Below are positions 35,804 to 45,081 of a stretch of DNA of 64,000 nt, piece by piece. A program made the translations under genes and the position numbers. This DNA comes from Candidatus Eiseniibacteriota bacterium (GTDB lineage: Bacteria > Eisenbacteria > RBG-16-71-46 > CAZAMP01). The stretch lies in assembly GCA_965224245.1 (NCBI GenBank), contig OZ245046.1, positions 480,001 through 544,000 on the forward strand, written 5' to 3'. The stretch's first letter is position 1; each line of letters begins with the position of its first letter. The notes beneath the pieces were generated by a model, which saw only the letters and a list, made by a program, of their open reading frames with translations, searched no databases and was not told where the DNA came from.

Positions 35804-37654
35804 CTAGAGCGAGGCGGTCCGGACTCGCCGCAGATCGATGATCTTGGCCTCGGAACGCAATCGTTCCAGGTAGCTGGCGAGGATCTCGTTGGCCTTCATG
35901 GTCGAGATGTCGCCGACGAGGCCCGCCGGTGCAGCCGTCGGGTCCTCGGCTCCCTCGACCGCGAGGCTGGCGGGAGCGGGGTCGCGCTCGTCGAGGCGCA
36001 TCACGATGTAGTCGCCGGACTCGATCTGATAAGGACCGGCGACCTCGCCGATCGACATCCCGAACGCCGTGCCCATGATCACCGGGTCCTTGCCGATCCC
36101 CGAGATCGCGGTGTATCGCGCGAACGGATTCGAGGTCTGAAGGCGCAACAGCGAATCGGATTCCGCGATGGTCTCGAGCGTATCGCCCGCCCGGACGCGG
36201 GCCATGATTCCCTCGGCCGCGGACTTGGCCTGTGCCTCGCCTCGCTCGCGGACCATGTCGTTGCGCACGCGGAACTCGACCTCCGACAGGTCGGGAGCGA
36301 CGCCCGGTCCGCGTGAGTCGAGCCGGAACACGTACCAGCCGGCTGCGGACTCGAATGGATCGCTGATCTCGCCCACCTCCGCCGCATGCACGAACGTCTT
36401 CAGCTCGTCGAACACGGCCACCCGCGGGATGAAGAAGCTCTCGCCCGAGATGTCGATCGGCTCTGTCGTGACCAGATGCACGTCCGACGTGTCCGCGATC
36501 GCCTCGAACGACTTGCCCCGGCGGGCCTCCTCGTAGAGCCCGTACATCCGGCCGGCGATGTCGGCGGACGTGGAGGAGGAGACCTTCACACGCTGGCGGA
36601 TGTCCTTGACGCGATACTGGCGCTGATCGCCGTCGGTCTTGACCGAGTCGAGCATCACGATGTGGAACCCGAACTGATCCTGGAAGGGAGACGAGTACGT
36701 GCCCTCCTCCAGCGTGTCGAGCACGGCCTGGAGCTCCAGCGTCATTTCCGGCGAGCTGGAGTCCATGAAGAGGCCCGCCGGACCGCCACGCTGGCTCTGT
36801 GGGGCTTCCGAGTGGATGTTCATGAGGAGGTCGAACTCCTCACCCGCTTGCAGCTCGAGGTACGTGGCCTCGAACAGATCCCGCGTCTCCAGGGTGTCGA
36901 GCGCGCTCGGTGTGCGATCGAAGTGCAGGTACGACAGGACGGCGGACTCCTCCGGCGCGTAGTCCGCGGCGTGGTCGCCGTAGTAGGCCCGAACCTCGTC
37001 CTCGGGCAGCTCCGCCGCGATCCCACCGTACGCGGCGGTCGCGACGCGGATGAACGAGATCGTGGCCTGCTGACGCCGGGCCGCATGCGTCTCGATCGTC
37101 TCGGCGGCGGAGGCGCGGCCGCCGAACTCGATCTGCGCGCGGAGGTTGTCGACCGGGGTGCGGCGCATCCGGCTCTGGATCAGCGCCTCACGGTACTGGG
37201 GCACGCTCAGCGCATCGTAGTAGCGATTGACGTCGAAGCGGCCCTGCGCGTCGAGGAACAGGGGACTGGTGAGGACCTCCGGCGGGGGGTCCTGACTCAG
37301 CTCGCGCAGGACCCGATCGCGATCGGTACCCAGCCCGCGCTTCTCGGCGGCCTGCCTGAGGAGCACGTCTTCGATGAGCTGGTTGTACGTGCGCGCGGCC
37401 ATCTGGACGCGGGCCTGATCGGTTCCGCCTCCCGGCCCGTACACGGACTCGAGCGTCTGCGTGAGGGTCTGCTGATAGAGCTCGTAGGAGATCGGCTCAC
37501 CGTTGACGACGGCCACGGCCCCCGGCATGCCGCTGTTCTCGGGCGCGCAGCCGGTCGATCCTCGACCGATGTCCAGGAAGATGAACCCGACGATGAACGC
37601 AAAGATCGTCACGATGAAGATCGGTTTCGTGTTGTTCCTGAGCGCCTGCATCAT
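35804..37654 (-). CDS. PpiD-like membrane-anchored chaperone / peptidyl-prolyl isomerase
   Basis: MMQALRNNTK plus N-terminal TM, VAVVNGEPIS SurA-N-like region, rotamase-like segments QDQFGFHI and ESAAGWYV. Confidence 0.8.
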   Translation of the reverse strand: MMQALRNNTKPIFIVTIFAFIVGFIFLDIGRGSTGCAPENSGMPGAVAVVNGEPISYELYQQTLTQTLESVYGPGGGTDQARVQMAARTYNQLIEDVLLRQAAEKRGLGTDRDRVLRELSQDPPPEVLTSPLFLDAQGRFDVNRYYDALSVPQYREALIQSRMRRTPVDNLRAQIEFGGRASAAETIETHAARRQQATISFIRVATAAYGGIAAELPEDEVRAYYGDHAADYAPEESAVLSYLHFDRTPSALDTLETRDLFEATYLELQAGEEFDLLMNIHSEAPQSQRGGPAGLFMDSSSPEMTLELQAVLDTLEEGTYSSPFQDQFGFHIVMLDSVKTDGDQRQYRVKDIRQRVKVSSSTSADIAGRMYGLYEEARRGKSFEAIADTSDVHLVTTEPIDISGESFFIPRVAVFDELKTFVHAAEVGEISDPFESAAGWYVFRLDSRGPGVAPDLSEVEFRVRNDMVRERGEAQAKSAAEGIMARVRAGDTLETIAESDSLLRLQTSNPFARYTAISGIGKDPVIMGTAFGMSIGEVAGPYQIESGDYIVMRLDERDPAPASLAVEGAEDPTAAPAGLVGDISTMKANEILASYLERLRSEAKIIDLRRVRTASL

Positions 37655-37843
37655 GGCTACGAGTCTCCGGGTTCGGCGCCCGCTCGGCGCCCGCGGTGCC
37701 GAGCATCTTCGCGCGCGGCTCCGAAATCATTCAATGACGAGGGGTTAAACGAGACCAGGGAGAGTAACACGAGCCCCCGGCGGGGCAAACTCTTTCTGGG
37801 GCGGCCGCTGGGCCCCCCGCCCGCCGAGTCCCCCGCGGATTGC

Positions 37844-37873
37844 TTGACGGGTCGCGGCCATCCTGCCTACCGT
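37844..37873 (+). promoter_or_regulatory. Putative sigma70 promoter of trkA
   Basis: TTGACG-N18-TACCGT. Confidence 0.5.
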
Positions 37874-37932
37874 ACCCGCGCCCGGATCCTCCGGGTGGAT
37901 CGTCCCGCACACCTCCGGGAGTCAACCGTTAC

Positions 37933-39264
37933 GTGCATGCCGTTGTCGTCGGCGCCGGGATGGTGGGGCAGAACCTCGCGGAAGCCCTCTATCGCGAGGG
38001 CCACAACGTCACGATCGTGGACACGAGCCGCAACGCCCTCGAACGCGCCTCGGAAAACCTCGACATCCAGACCTACCAGGGCCATGGCGCCGACGCCGAC
38101 CTCCTGGCCCAGATCGGCGTTCCCGGGGCTGAGTTCTTCATGGCCGTCACCGACGTCGACGAGATCAATCTCCTGGCCTGTCTGGTGGCCAAGGAGCTGG
38201 GTGCGCTCCTGACCGTCGCGCGCGTGACGAGCCGCGTCTATCTGGGGGGGCGCCGGACTCTCTACCGCAACCTGATGGGCGTGGACATCGCCGTCAGCCC
38301 CGAGAACCTGACCGCCATGGAGATCGGGCGGCACGCCCGGGCGGCCGGCGTCGTCGCGATCCACACGCTCACCGGCGGCCGGCTCGCCTTGCGCGAGGTG
38401 TGCATCTCCGAGCAGACGGCGCCGGTCGGGATCCCGGTGCGCGATCTCGAGCTCGCGTCGGGGACGCTCTTGGCCATGGTCATGCACGATGGGCACGCCA
38501 CCGTCCCCAGCGGCGACGATCTCGTCCAGGCCGGGGACGACGTGTTCCTCCTGGGGCACGCCAAGGAGGTCGAGGAGACGTCCAAGCGGCTCGGCAAGGA
38601 GGTGGGGCGCGTCGCGCGCGCGATCGTGGTGGGTGGCGGGAGCATCGGGCTGCTCGCGGCGCAGTCGCTGGCGGATCTTCGCGTCGACGTGCGCCTGATC
38701 GACAAGGACGCGGCCCGCTGCCGCCAGCTCGCCGACAGCCTCGCGCGCGGCGAGGTGCTGCACGGCGACGGCACCGACGTGACCCTCTTGCGCGAGGCCG
38801 GCATCGAGGACATCGATCTCTTCGTGGCGTCGGCCGGACAGGACGAGCTGAACCTGATCCTGGGCATGCTGGCCACCGAGCTCGGCGCGAAGAAGCGAGT
38901 GGTGCTGGTGAAGCGGAGCGACTTCCAGCCGATCGTGGATCGACTCGGCATGGACGCGGCGATCAGCCCCCGCATGATGACCGCCGAGGCCATCATGCGC
39001 TACATCAAGCGGCGCACGTTCACCCCGCTGGCCAGCGTGGGAGCGAATCACGCGATGATCCTGGACACGGTGCTCAGCTCGAACAGCTCGGTCGTCGAGC
39101 GACCCCTCCACGAGGTCGAGCTCCCCCGGGGAACGCTGATCGGCGCGATCATGCGGGGCGATGATCTCCTGATCCCCGATGGGGCACAGGTCATGAAGCC
39201 CGGCGACAACGTGATCGTGTTTGCCCACGCCGAGCACGTGAGCACCCTCGAAAAGGCGTTCTAG
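37933..39264 (+). CDS. trkA: Trk potassium uptake system NAD-binding subunit
   Basis: Two RCK_N domains (VVGAGMVG; IVVGGGSIG), each followed by RCK_C; DEINLLAC, GDGTD. Confidence 0.92.
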   Translation: MHAVVVGAGMVGQNLAEALYREGHNVTIVDTSRNALERASENLDIQTYQGHGADADLLAQIGVPGAEFFMAVTDVDEINLLACLVAKELGALLTVARVTSRVYLGGRRTLYRNLMGVDIAVSPENLTAMEIGRHARAAGVVAIHTLTGGRLALREVCISEQTAPVGIPVRDLELASGTLLAMVMHDGHATVPSGDDLVQAGDDVFLLGHAKEVEETSKRLGKEVGRVARAIVVGGGSIGLLAAQSLADLRVDVRLIDKDAARCRQLADSLARGEVLHGDGTDVTLLREAGIEDIDLFVASAGQDELNLILGMLATELGAKKRVVLVKRSDFQPIVDRLGMDAAISPRMMTAEAIMRYIKRRTFTPLASVGANHAMILDTVLSSNSSVVERPLHEVELPRGTLIGAIMRGDDLLIPDGAQVMKPGDNVIVFAHAEHVSTLEKAF

Positions 39265-39335
39265 ATCGATGCCCACGCGGCCGATCTCGTATACTGACGC
39301 GGGTGTCGGCCCCCGACGTCGATCGAGGAGGTGAG

Positions 39336-40607
39336 TTGGAGGACGCTGCGTCCGCGCCGCCCTGGCTGTTCGCGCTGTTCGTGGTCTTGCTGGTGAGCTC
39401 GGGCTTCTTCTCGGGAACCGAGACGGCGTTGTTCTCGCTGGATCGGATGCAGCGGCGCCACTTCGAGAACGACGGATCGCTCCGGGCGCAGCTCGTCCAC
39501 CGCGTCCTGAAGACGCCGCGCCGGCTCCTGTCGACGCTTCTGTTCGGCAACACGTTCGTGAACGTCGCGCTGTCCGTGGTGGCGACCCTCATCTGCGAGC
39601 GCCTCTTCGGCGAGTACGGCCTGGCGGCCGCGATCGCCGGCGCCACGATCCTCGTGTTGATCTTCGGCGAGCTCGTGCCCAAGACGATCGCCGTGAACGC
39701 GCCGGTCGCGCTGTCCCAGTTCGCCATCATGCCCCTGACCCTCTATTCGCGGCTGGCGTCGCCGGCGGTGAGGATCTTCGACCGCGCCGCGCACGGGCTC
39801 CTGACGCTCCTGAAGGTGCCCGAGGAGGGCGACAGCACGCTCAGCTCGTCCGAGGTCGAGTTCATGCTCGAAGAGGCCGGACGCGCCGAGACGCTGACGC
39901 CCACCGAGACGCGCATCGCCCGCAACATCATGCGGTTCTCCGAGACCACGGCCGAGGAGATCATGACGCCGCGGGTGGACGTCGTCTCCGCGCCGCTGGA
40001 CATCTCGCGCGAGGGGCTCACCGCCCGGATGATCGAGGCCCGGCACTCGCGGATCCCGGTATACGAGGGGGACGTCGACAACATCGTCGGCTTCGTCTCC
40101 ACCAAGGAGTTCTTCCTGAACCCCGAGCGGGAGCTGCGCGAGCTCCTGAAGCCGGTGGCGATCTTCCCCGAGGCGGCGAAGCTGCCGCGCATGATGCGCC
40201 ACATGCAGAAGAATCGCCTGAACATGGCCGTCATCGTGAACGAGTACGGGGAGACGATCGGGATCGTCACCACCGAGGATCTCGTCGAGGAGATCGTCGG
40301 CGAGATCTACGACGAGTACGAGAAGGCCGAGGAGCTGATCAAGCCCGTCGGGCAGGACCGCTGGATCATCTCCGGGCGTGCCGCGGTCGAGGACGTCAAC
40401 GAGGCGCTCGGTCTGGCGCTGCCGGACTCCGACTCGGTCACGATGAACGGCTACCTGTGCGACGAGTTCGGCGAGATCCCCCCTCCGGGACGAACGCTCG
40501 ACCGGGAGGGATACCGGTTCACGGTCCACGAATCGGTGCGGCGCCGCATCGTCAGCTGCCGCGTCGAGCGGCTCGGACCGCGCGAGGTACACGCTCATGA
40601 CGCTTGA
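39336..40607 (+). CDS. CNNM/CorB (DUF21-CBS-CorC) hemolysin-family protein
   Basis: SGFFSGTETALFS, GNTFVN, FGELVPK, IMTPR, HSRIPVY, EDLVEEIVGEI; TTG start after GAGGAGG. Confidence 0.92.
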   Translation: MEDAASAPPWLFALFVVLLVSSGFFSGTETALFSLDRMQRRHFENDGSLRAQLVHRVLKTPRRLLSTLLFGNTFVNVALSVVATLICERLFGEYGLAAAIAGATILVLIFGELVPKTIAVNAPVALSQFAIMPLTLYSRLASPAVRIFDRAAHGLLTLLKVPEEGDSTLSSSEVEFMLEEAGRAETLTPTETRIARNIMRFSETTAEEIMTPRVDVVSAPLDISREGLTARMIEARHSRIPVYEGDVDNIVGFVSTKEFFLNPERELRELLKPVAIFPEAAKLPRMMRHMQKNRLNMAVIVNEYGETIGIVTTEDLVEEIVGEIYDEYEKAEELIKPVGQDRWIISGRAAVEDVNEALGLALPDSDSVTMNGYLCDEFGEIPPPGRTLDREGYRFTVHESVRRRIVSCRVERLGPREVHAHDA

Positions 40608-41850
40608 GACGAGCCTCGCGCTGTTCCTGCTGTGTCTGGTCGGGTCGGCGGTCTCGTCCGGCTCCGAGACGGCGCTGGTGTCGGCAAGCCGGCTCAGGCT
40701 GGAGCCGATTCGCTCGGAGGGACGGCGCGCCGCAGCGCTGGCGCTGGGGCTGCTGGAGCAGCGCGATCGCACGCTGGCCGTGACCCTGATCGCGACCAAC
40801 GCGTTCAACATCGCCGCCGGCGCGGTCGCCACGGTGGTCTTCCAGGACTTCTTCGGCGCGGCCGGCTCGATCGTCGCCACCGTCACGGTGACGGTGCTTC
40901 TCCTCGTGTTCAGCGAGATCACGCCGAAGGCGTACTTCCGCCACCACGCCGAGCCCATGCTGATGCACACCGCGGCGGCCTGGCGCGTGCTCTCGGTGCT
41001 GCTCGTGCCGCTCACCTACCCGACCGGCCTGTTCTCGAGCTTTCTGTACCGGATTCTCGGACGCCAGCCCCGTTCGGTCTTCGTGTCGCGTGAGGAGATC
41101 CGGCTGGTTCTGGGCGACTCGGTCGAGGGCGGGGCCATCCGCGATCACGAGCACGAGATGCTGGAATCGGCGCTCGGCTACTCCGAGACCATCGCCCGCG
41201 AGGTGATGGTGCCGATGGCGGACGTCGCGCTCATCGCCGAGAGCGCACGCACCGAGGACGTGCTCGAACTGGTCGGGACGCGCGGCTACACGCGCATCCC
41301 CGTCTTCCGGGACCGGGTCGATCAGATCGTCGGGCTCATCAACGTGTTCGACATCCTGTACGCCGAGAAGCGCCGGACGTTCGCGCGAGCCTACGTGCGC
41401 CCGGCCCGGCTCGTCCCCGACACCAAGCCGATCGACGAGCTGTTCCTGGAGATGCAGCGCGAGCGCGAGAGCCTCGTGGTGGCGGTCAACGAGTTCGGCG
41501 CCTGCATCGGCGTGGTCTCCACCGAGGACATCATCGAGGAGATCTTCGGGGAGCTGTCCGACGAGCACGAGGACGCCACGCCGGAGATCCGGCGGATCGG
41601 CCCGGGGCAGTACCGGGTCAGCGGCCTCAGCGACATCGACGACCTGAACGCCGAGGCCGGCTGGGAGATCCCGAAGGCCACCTACACCACGGTGGGCGGA
41701 TACGTGCTCTTCCGGCTGGGCAGGATCCCGCACCCCGGCGAGTGGTTCGTGGAGGGGGATCTGCGCGTCCGGGTCGTGGACGCCGATCGCTACTCGGTGA
41801 GGTTGGTCGAGATCACCGACACCCAGGCGACGGGGGAAGCCGGCGACTGA
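40597..41850 (+). CDS. CNNM/CorB (DUF21-CBS-CorC) hemolysin-family protein, second paralogue
   Basis: SGSETALVS, FSEITPK, VMVP, YTRIPVF, EDIIEEIFGEL. Confidence 0.92.
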   Translation: MTLETSLALFLLCLVGSAVSSGSETALVSASRLRLEPIRSEGRRAAALALGLLEQRDRTLAVTLIATNAFNIAAGAVATVVFQDFFGAAGSIVATVTVTVLLLVFSEITPKAYFRHHAEPMLMHTAAAWRVLSVLLVPLTYPTGLFSSFLYRILGRQPRSVFVSREEIRLVLGDSVEGGAIRDHEHEMLESALGYSETIAREVMVPMADVALIAESARTEDVLELVGTRGYTRIPVFRDRVDQIVGLINVFDILYAEKRRTFARAYVRPARLVPDTKPIDELFLEMQRERESLVVAVNEFGACIGVVSTEDIIEEIFGELSDEHEDATPEIRRIGPGQYRVSGLSDIDDLNAEAGWEIPKATYTTVGGYVLFRLGRIPHPGEWFVEGDLRVRVVDADRYSVRLVEITDTQATGEAGD

Positions 41851-41857
41851 TCGGACC

Positions 41858-41875
41858 CGGGGCCGCGCGGCCCCG
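41858..41875. terminator. Perfect 18 bp inverted repeat between convergent genes
   Basis: CGGGGCCGCGCGGCCCCG; no U tract. Confidence 0.4.
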
Positions 41876-41913
41876 ACCGCCAGCGGCGCGCGGGACCGGA
41901 CGCACCGCACGCG

Positions 41914-42999
41914 TCAACGGCGGAACTTGATCTCGACCGGCGCGACGTCGGCCATCGCCAGTGTGCTCAGGCGCGCGGCGACGTTGCCGGCCAGCTCGCG
42001 ATAGCTCTCGGCGACCGGGGCCCCACGCTCGGCCAGCACGACGGGCGTGCCCTCGTCTCCGGCCTGGCACACGGCGGGCACGATCGGCAGCTCGCCCAGG
42101 AGCGGAATGTCGAACGACTCGGCCACCTTGCGGCCACCTCCGGAACCGAAGATCGAGTAGCGCGTCCCGGTGTCGGGGGCCTCGAACCAGCTCATGTTCT
42201 CGACCACGCCGAGCACGGGCACCTTGACCTGGGCGAACATCCGGACCGCGCGGTTGACGTCCTCCAGCGCGACGTTCTGCGGCGTGGTCACGATGACGGC
42301 CCCCGACAGCGGACAGGACTGCGCCAGCGTGAGCTGGGCGTCGCCGGTGCCGGGCGGAAGATCGATGACCAGGTAGTCGAGCGCCCCCCAGTCCACGTCC
42401 GACAGGAACTGCTGGATCATGCGGGCCACCAGCGGGCCGCGCCAGATGACCGGCATGCCCTCGTCGGCCAGGAAGCCGAGGCTCATGACCTTGACGCCGT
42501 GCTTCTCGATCGGCACGAGCTTCTCGTCGCGGACCTCGGGGCGTCCGTCGATTCCGAACATGATGGGGGCGCTGGGACCGTAGATGTCCGCGTCCAGGAG
42601 GCCGACGTCCGAGCCCTCGAGCGCGAGCGCGACCGCGAGGTTCGAGGCGACCGTGGACTTGCCGACACCTCCTTTTCCGCTCGCGACCGCGATCGTGTTG
42701 CGGACCCCGGAGAGGACGGTCGTCGTCGGAGCCCCCAGGTTTCGACGCACGTCGGCGGTCATCGTGATCTCCGCACGCTCGACGCCGTCGATCGCCTCGA
42801 CGTGTGTGCGGCACTGCTCGCGAAGCTGATCCTTGACCGGGCAGGCCGGCGTCGTCAGCTCGATCGTCGCGGCCACGCGGGTCCCGTCGATGGTGACGGA
42901 CTTGACGAACCCCAGGGAGACGATGTCGCGGTTGAGATCCGGGTCGACGACGTTCCGGAGGGCGTCGAGAACGCGGTCCTCGGTGATCGGCGCGGTCAT
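41914..42999 (-). CDS. mrp: Mrp/NBP35 (ApbC) ATP-binding Fe-S carrier with N-terminal DUF59
   Basis: VVDPDL..DIVSLG, TTPACP, SGKGGVGKST, DADIYGPS, WRGP, DLPPGTGD, VTTPQ, ENMS. Confidence 0.94.
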   Translation of the reverse strand: MTAPITEDRVLDALRNVVDPDLNRDIVSLGFVKSVTIDGTRVAATIELTTPACPVKDQLREQCRTHVEAIDGVERAEITMTADVRRNLGAPTTTVLSGVRNTIAVASGKGGVGKSTVASNLAVALALEGSDVGLLDADIYGPSAPIMFGIDGRPEVRDEKLVPIEKHGVKVMSLGFLADEGMPVIWRGPLVARMIQQFLSDVDWGALDYLVIDLPPGTGDAQLTLAQSCPLSGAVIVTTPQNVALEDVNRAVRMFAQVKVPVLGVVENMSWFEAPDTGTRYSIFGSGGGRKVAESFDIPLLGELPIVPAVCQAGDEGTPVVLAERGAPVAESYRELAGNVAARLSTLAMADVAPVEIKFRR

Positions 43000-43176
43000 G
43001 CGGGAGGTCCTCTCGTGCTTGGGATCGGCGGTGTTCCGCGATCGCTCGGCGAGACCGATCGGCCCCGGGCGAAGGCCTCCAAAGATAGCGCCGCGCACCG
43101 GGGGAGACAAGGCGCGGGCCGACGCCCCGGATTCCCCGCGGCGAGACGCCTTCCCGGCCGGCGATCGGGGGGCCGC

Positions 43177-44787
43177 TCAGGACCGGGCGGACTCCAGTCC
43201 CTGCTCGCGCATCTTGCGCCACAGCGTGACCCGGTCGATTCCGAGCGCGGCCGCCGTCTTCGCGATCGCGCCGTCGTGCTCACGCAGCGCGCGCCGGATG
43301 ATGTCCCGCTCGTGCGTGGCGAGCTGCTCGCGTAGCGTGCCGGTTCGGGTCGCCGCGACACCCTCGTCGTGGCGGCCGTGCCCGATCGCCTGCTGAATGT
43401 CGCGCCGGGTGATCCGTGAGCTGGTCGCGAAGATCCGCACGCGCTGCGCGACCTGCCGTAGCTCCTCCACGTTGCCGGGCCAGTCGTAGGCCGACAGCGC
43501 CGTCTCCGCCTCCGGCGACAGTCGCTTCAGCGGGACCTTCGCCTCCTGGCACGACTCCTCGATGAACCGAAGCACCAGGTACACGATGTCGTCCGGTCGC
43601 TCGGACAGGGCCGGCATCGTGAGCCGCAGCTCGCCGAGCCGGTCCAGGAGGTCGGCGCGGAACCGACCCGCCGCGACCTCGGCGTTGAGATCCCGGTTCG
43701 TGGCCGCGATGACCCGGGCACGGCACTCACGGTCCTCGGTCTCCCCGACCCGGCGATACGTCCGTTCGCGGAGCACCTGAAGGAGCTTGCTCTGGGCGCC
43801 GGCGCTCAGGTCGCCGATCTCGTCCAGGAAGAGCGTTCCGTCCTCGGCCGACTCGATGAGGCCGGCCCGGTTCGTGGCGCCGGTGAAGCTCCCGTAGCGG
43901 GTCCCGAACAGCTCGGCCTCGAAGAGATTCGGTGCGATGGACGGGGTGTTGACCGACTTGAACGGCCGACCCGCGCGCAGGCGCGCGTACACCCCGGCCA
44001 CGAGCGTCTTCCCCGACCCGCGCGGGCCGGTGATCAGGATCGTGGCGCTCTCGTCGGCGGTTCGGAGCACGAAGTCGCGCACGCCGCGCATGGCGCGGCT
44101 GATGCCGGGGAGTCGGTCGAGCACCATGCCTGTCCGGAGGTCCTCGACCCGCTCGCGGAGATCGCCGAGCTCTCGGGACTGCGTGCACCGTCTGAGCGCG
44201 TTGCGGATGGCGACCAGGAGCCGCGCCTTGGGCACCGGCTTCTCCAGGAAGTCCTCCGCGCCGAGCTTCATGGCCTCGGCGGTGCGTTCGGTGGTGCCGA
44301 GGCTGGTCAGGATCACCGTGGGGGTCGAGACCAGCATGGCATTGGCATGGGACAGAACCTCGAGCCCGTCTCCATCCGGTAGCCCGATGTCGAGCAGGAT
44401 CAGGTCGAAGACCTGCGAGGCCAGGGCGGCCTTCGCCGCCTTGACGCTGGTCTTCACGTGAAGCGCGTAGCCTTCCTGGTCGAGGATTCGCCTGAGCTCG
44501 TGGATCACCGCCGGATCGTCCTCGACGGCGAGGATCGATCCGGTGACCGTCCGGGCATGCTCGCCGCCGGTTCGAGCCTCGGCGCGGCTCCCGGACGCCC
44601 GGCCCGCCGTTCGAGCGTTGCCGCCGGCTCTGCCGTTCGCGGCACGTCGACCGGTCTCGGAGCCCCCGGCGGCGTTCGATCCGGCCGGTGCGTCGCCGTC
44701 CGGAACCCGGGGCGGACCGGCGAGCGGAGGCGCGTCGGATCCCCGCGAAGCGCGTGGTGTGCCTGGCTGGTCGCTGGCGTCTTGCAC
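43177..44787 (-). CDS. NtrC-family sigma54-dependent response regulator (REC-AAA-HTH Fis)
   Basis: REC VEDD/LLDIGLPD/EKP; Walker A GPRGSGKT; ELFG..GSFTGA; LFLDEI; IAATNRDL; WPGNV; HTH LGIDRVTLWRK. Start uncertain: GTG 44787 has a GAGGGG RBS, ORF open to 44820. Confidence 0.92.
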   Translation of the reverse strand: MQDASDQPGTPRASRGSDAPPLAGPPRVPDGDAPAGSNAAGGSETGRRAANGRAGGNARTAGRASGSRAEARTGGEHARTVTGSILAVEDDPAVIHELRRILDQEGYALHVKTSVKAAKAALASQVFDLILLDIGLPDGDGLEVLSHANAMLVSTPTVILTSLGTTERTAEAMKLGAEDFLEKPVPKARLLVAIRNALRRCTQSRELGDLRERVEDLRTGMVLDRLPGISRAMRGVRDFVLRTADESATILITGPRGSGKTLVAGVYARLRAGRPFKSVNTPSIAPNLFEAELFGTRYGSFTGATNRAGLIESAEDGTLFLDEIGDLSAGAQSKLLQVLRERTYRRVGETEDRECRARVIAATNRDLNAEVAAGRFRADLLDRLGELRLTMPALSERPDDIVYLVLRFIEESCQEAKVPLKRLSPEAETALSAYDWPGNVEELRQVAQRVRIFATSSRITRRDIQQAIGHGRHDEGVAATRTGTLREQLATHERDIIRRALREHDGAIAKTAAALGIDRVTLWRKMREQGLESARS

Positions 44788-44951
44788 CGCTCGGGCCCCC
44801 TCGTGTCGTGCGGGCGTCACTCCGGAGGGAGTGTAGAGGCAATCGGAGCCGGCAGGCGAGGAGCGGTCTGCGGCCTTCGGCGGGCCTCAACAGTGAGAGC
44901 GTTCACGGGTCGCATATACCCGCGGAGCCCCGATTGCCGCTTCCCGGATCT

Positions 44952-44967
44952 AGCAAGCGCGATGCCT
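44952..44967 (-). promoter_or_regulatory. sigma54 (-24/-12) promoter of the response regulator
   Basis: Minus strand AGGCATCGCGCTTGCT, i.e. GG-N10-GC. Confidence 0.6.
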
Positions 44968-44985
44968 GGACATCCAGTTCGTCAA

Positions 44986-45078
44986 GTTGCCATCACGCAA
45001 CCGGTTGCGTCGCAGGTCGGCAACCGGGAGGCGTCGGTCTGTTTCAATCATACAACATGAATGTTGCGTCAGCGCATC
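44986..45078. promoter_or_regulatory. Array of four palindromic sites GTTGC-N6-GCAAC (putative enhancer-binding-protein sites)
   Basis: GTTGC-catcac-GCAAC 44986, GTCGC-aggtcg-GCAAC 45009, GTTTC-aatcat-ACAAC 45041, GTTGC-gtcagc-GCATC 45063. Confidence 0.65.
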
Positions 45079-45081
45079 GTT

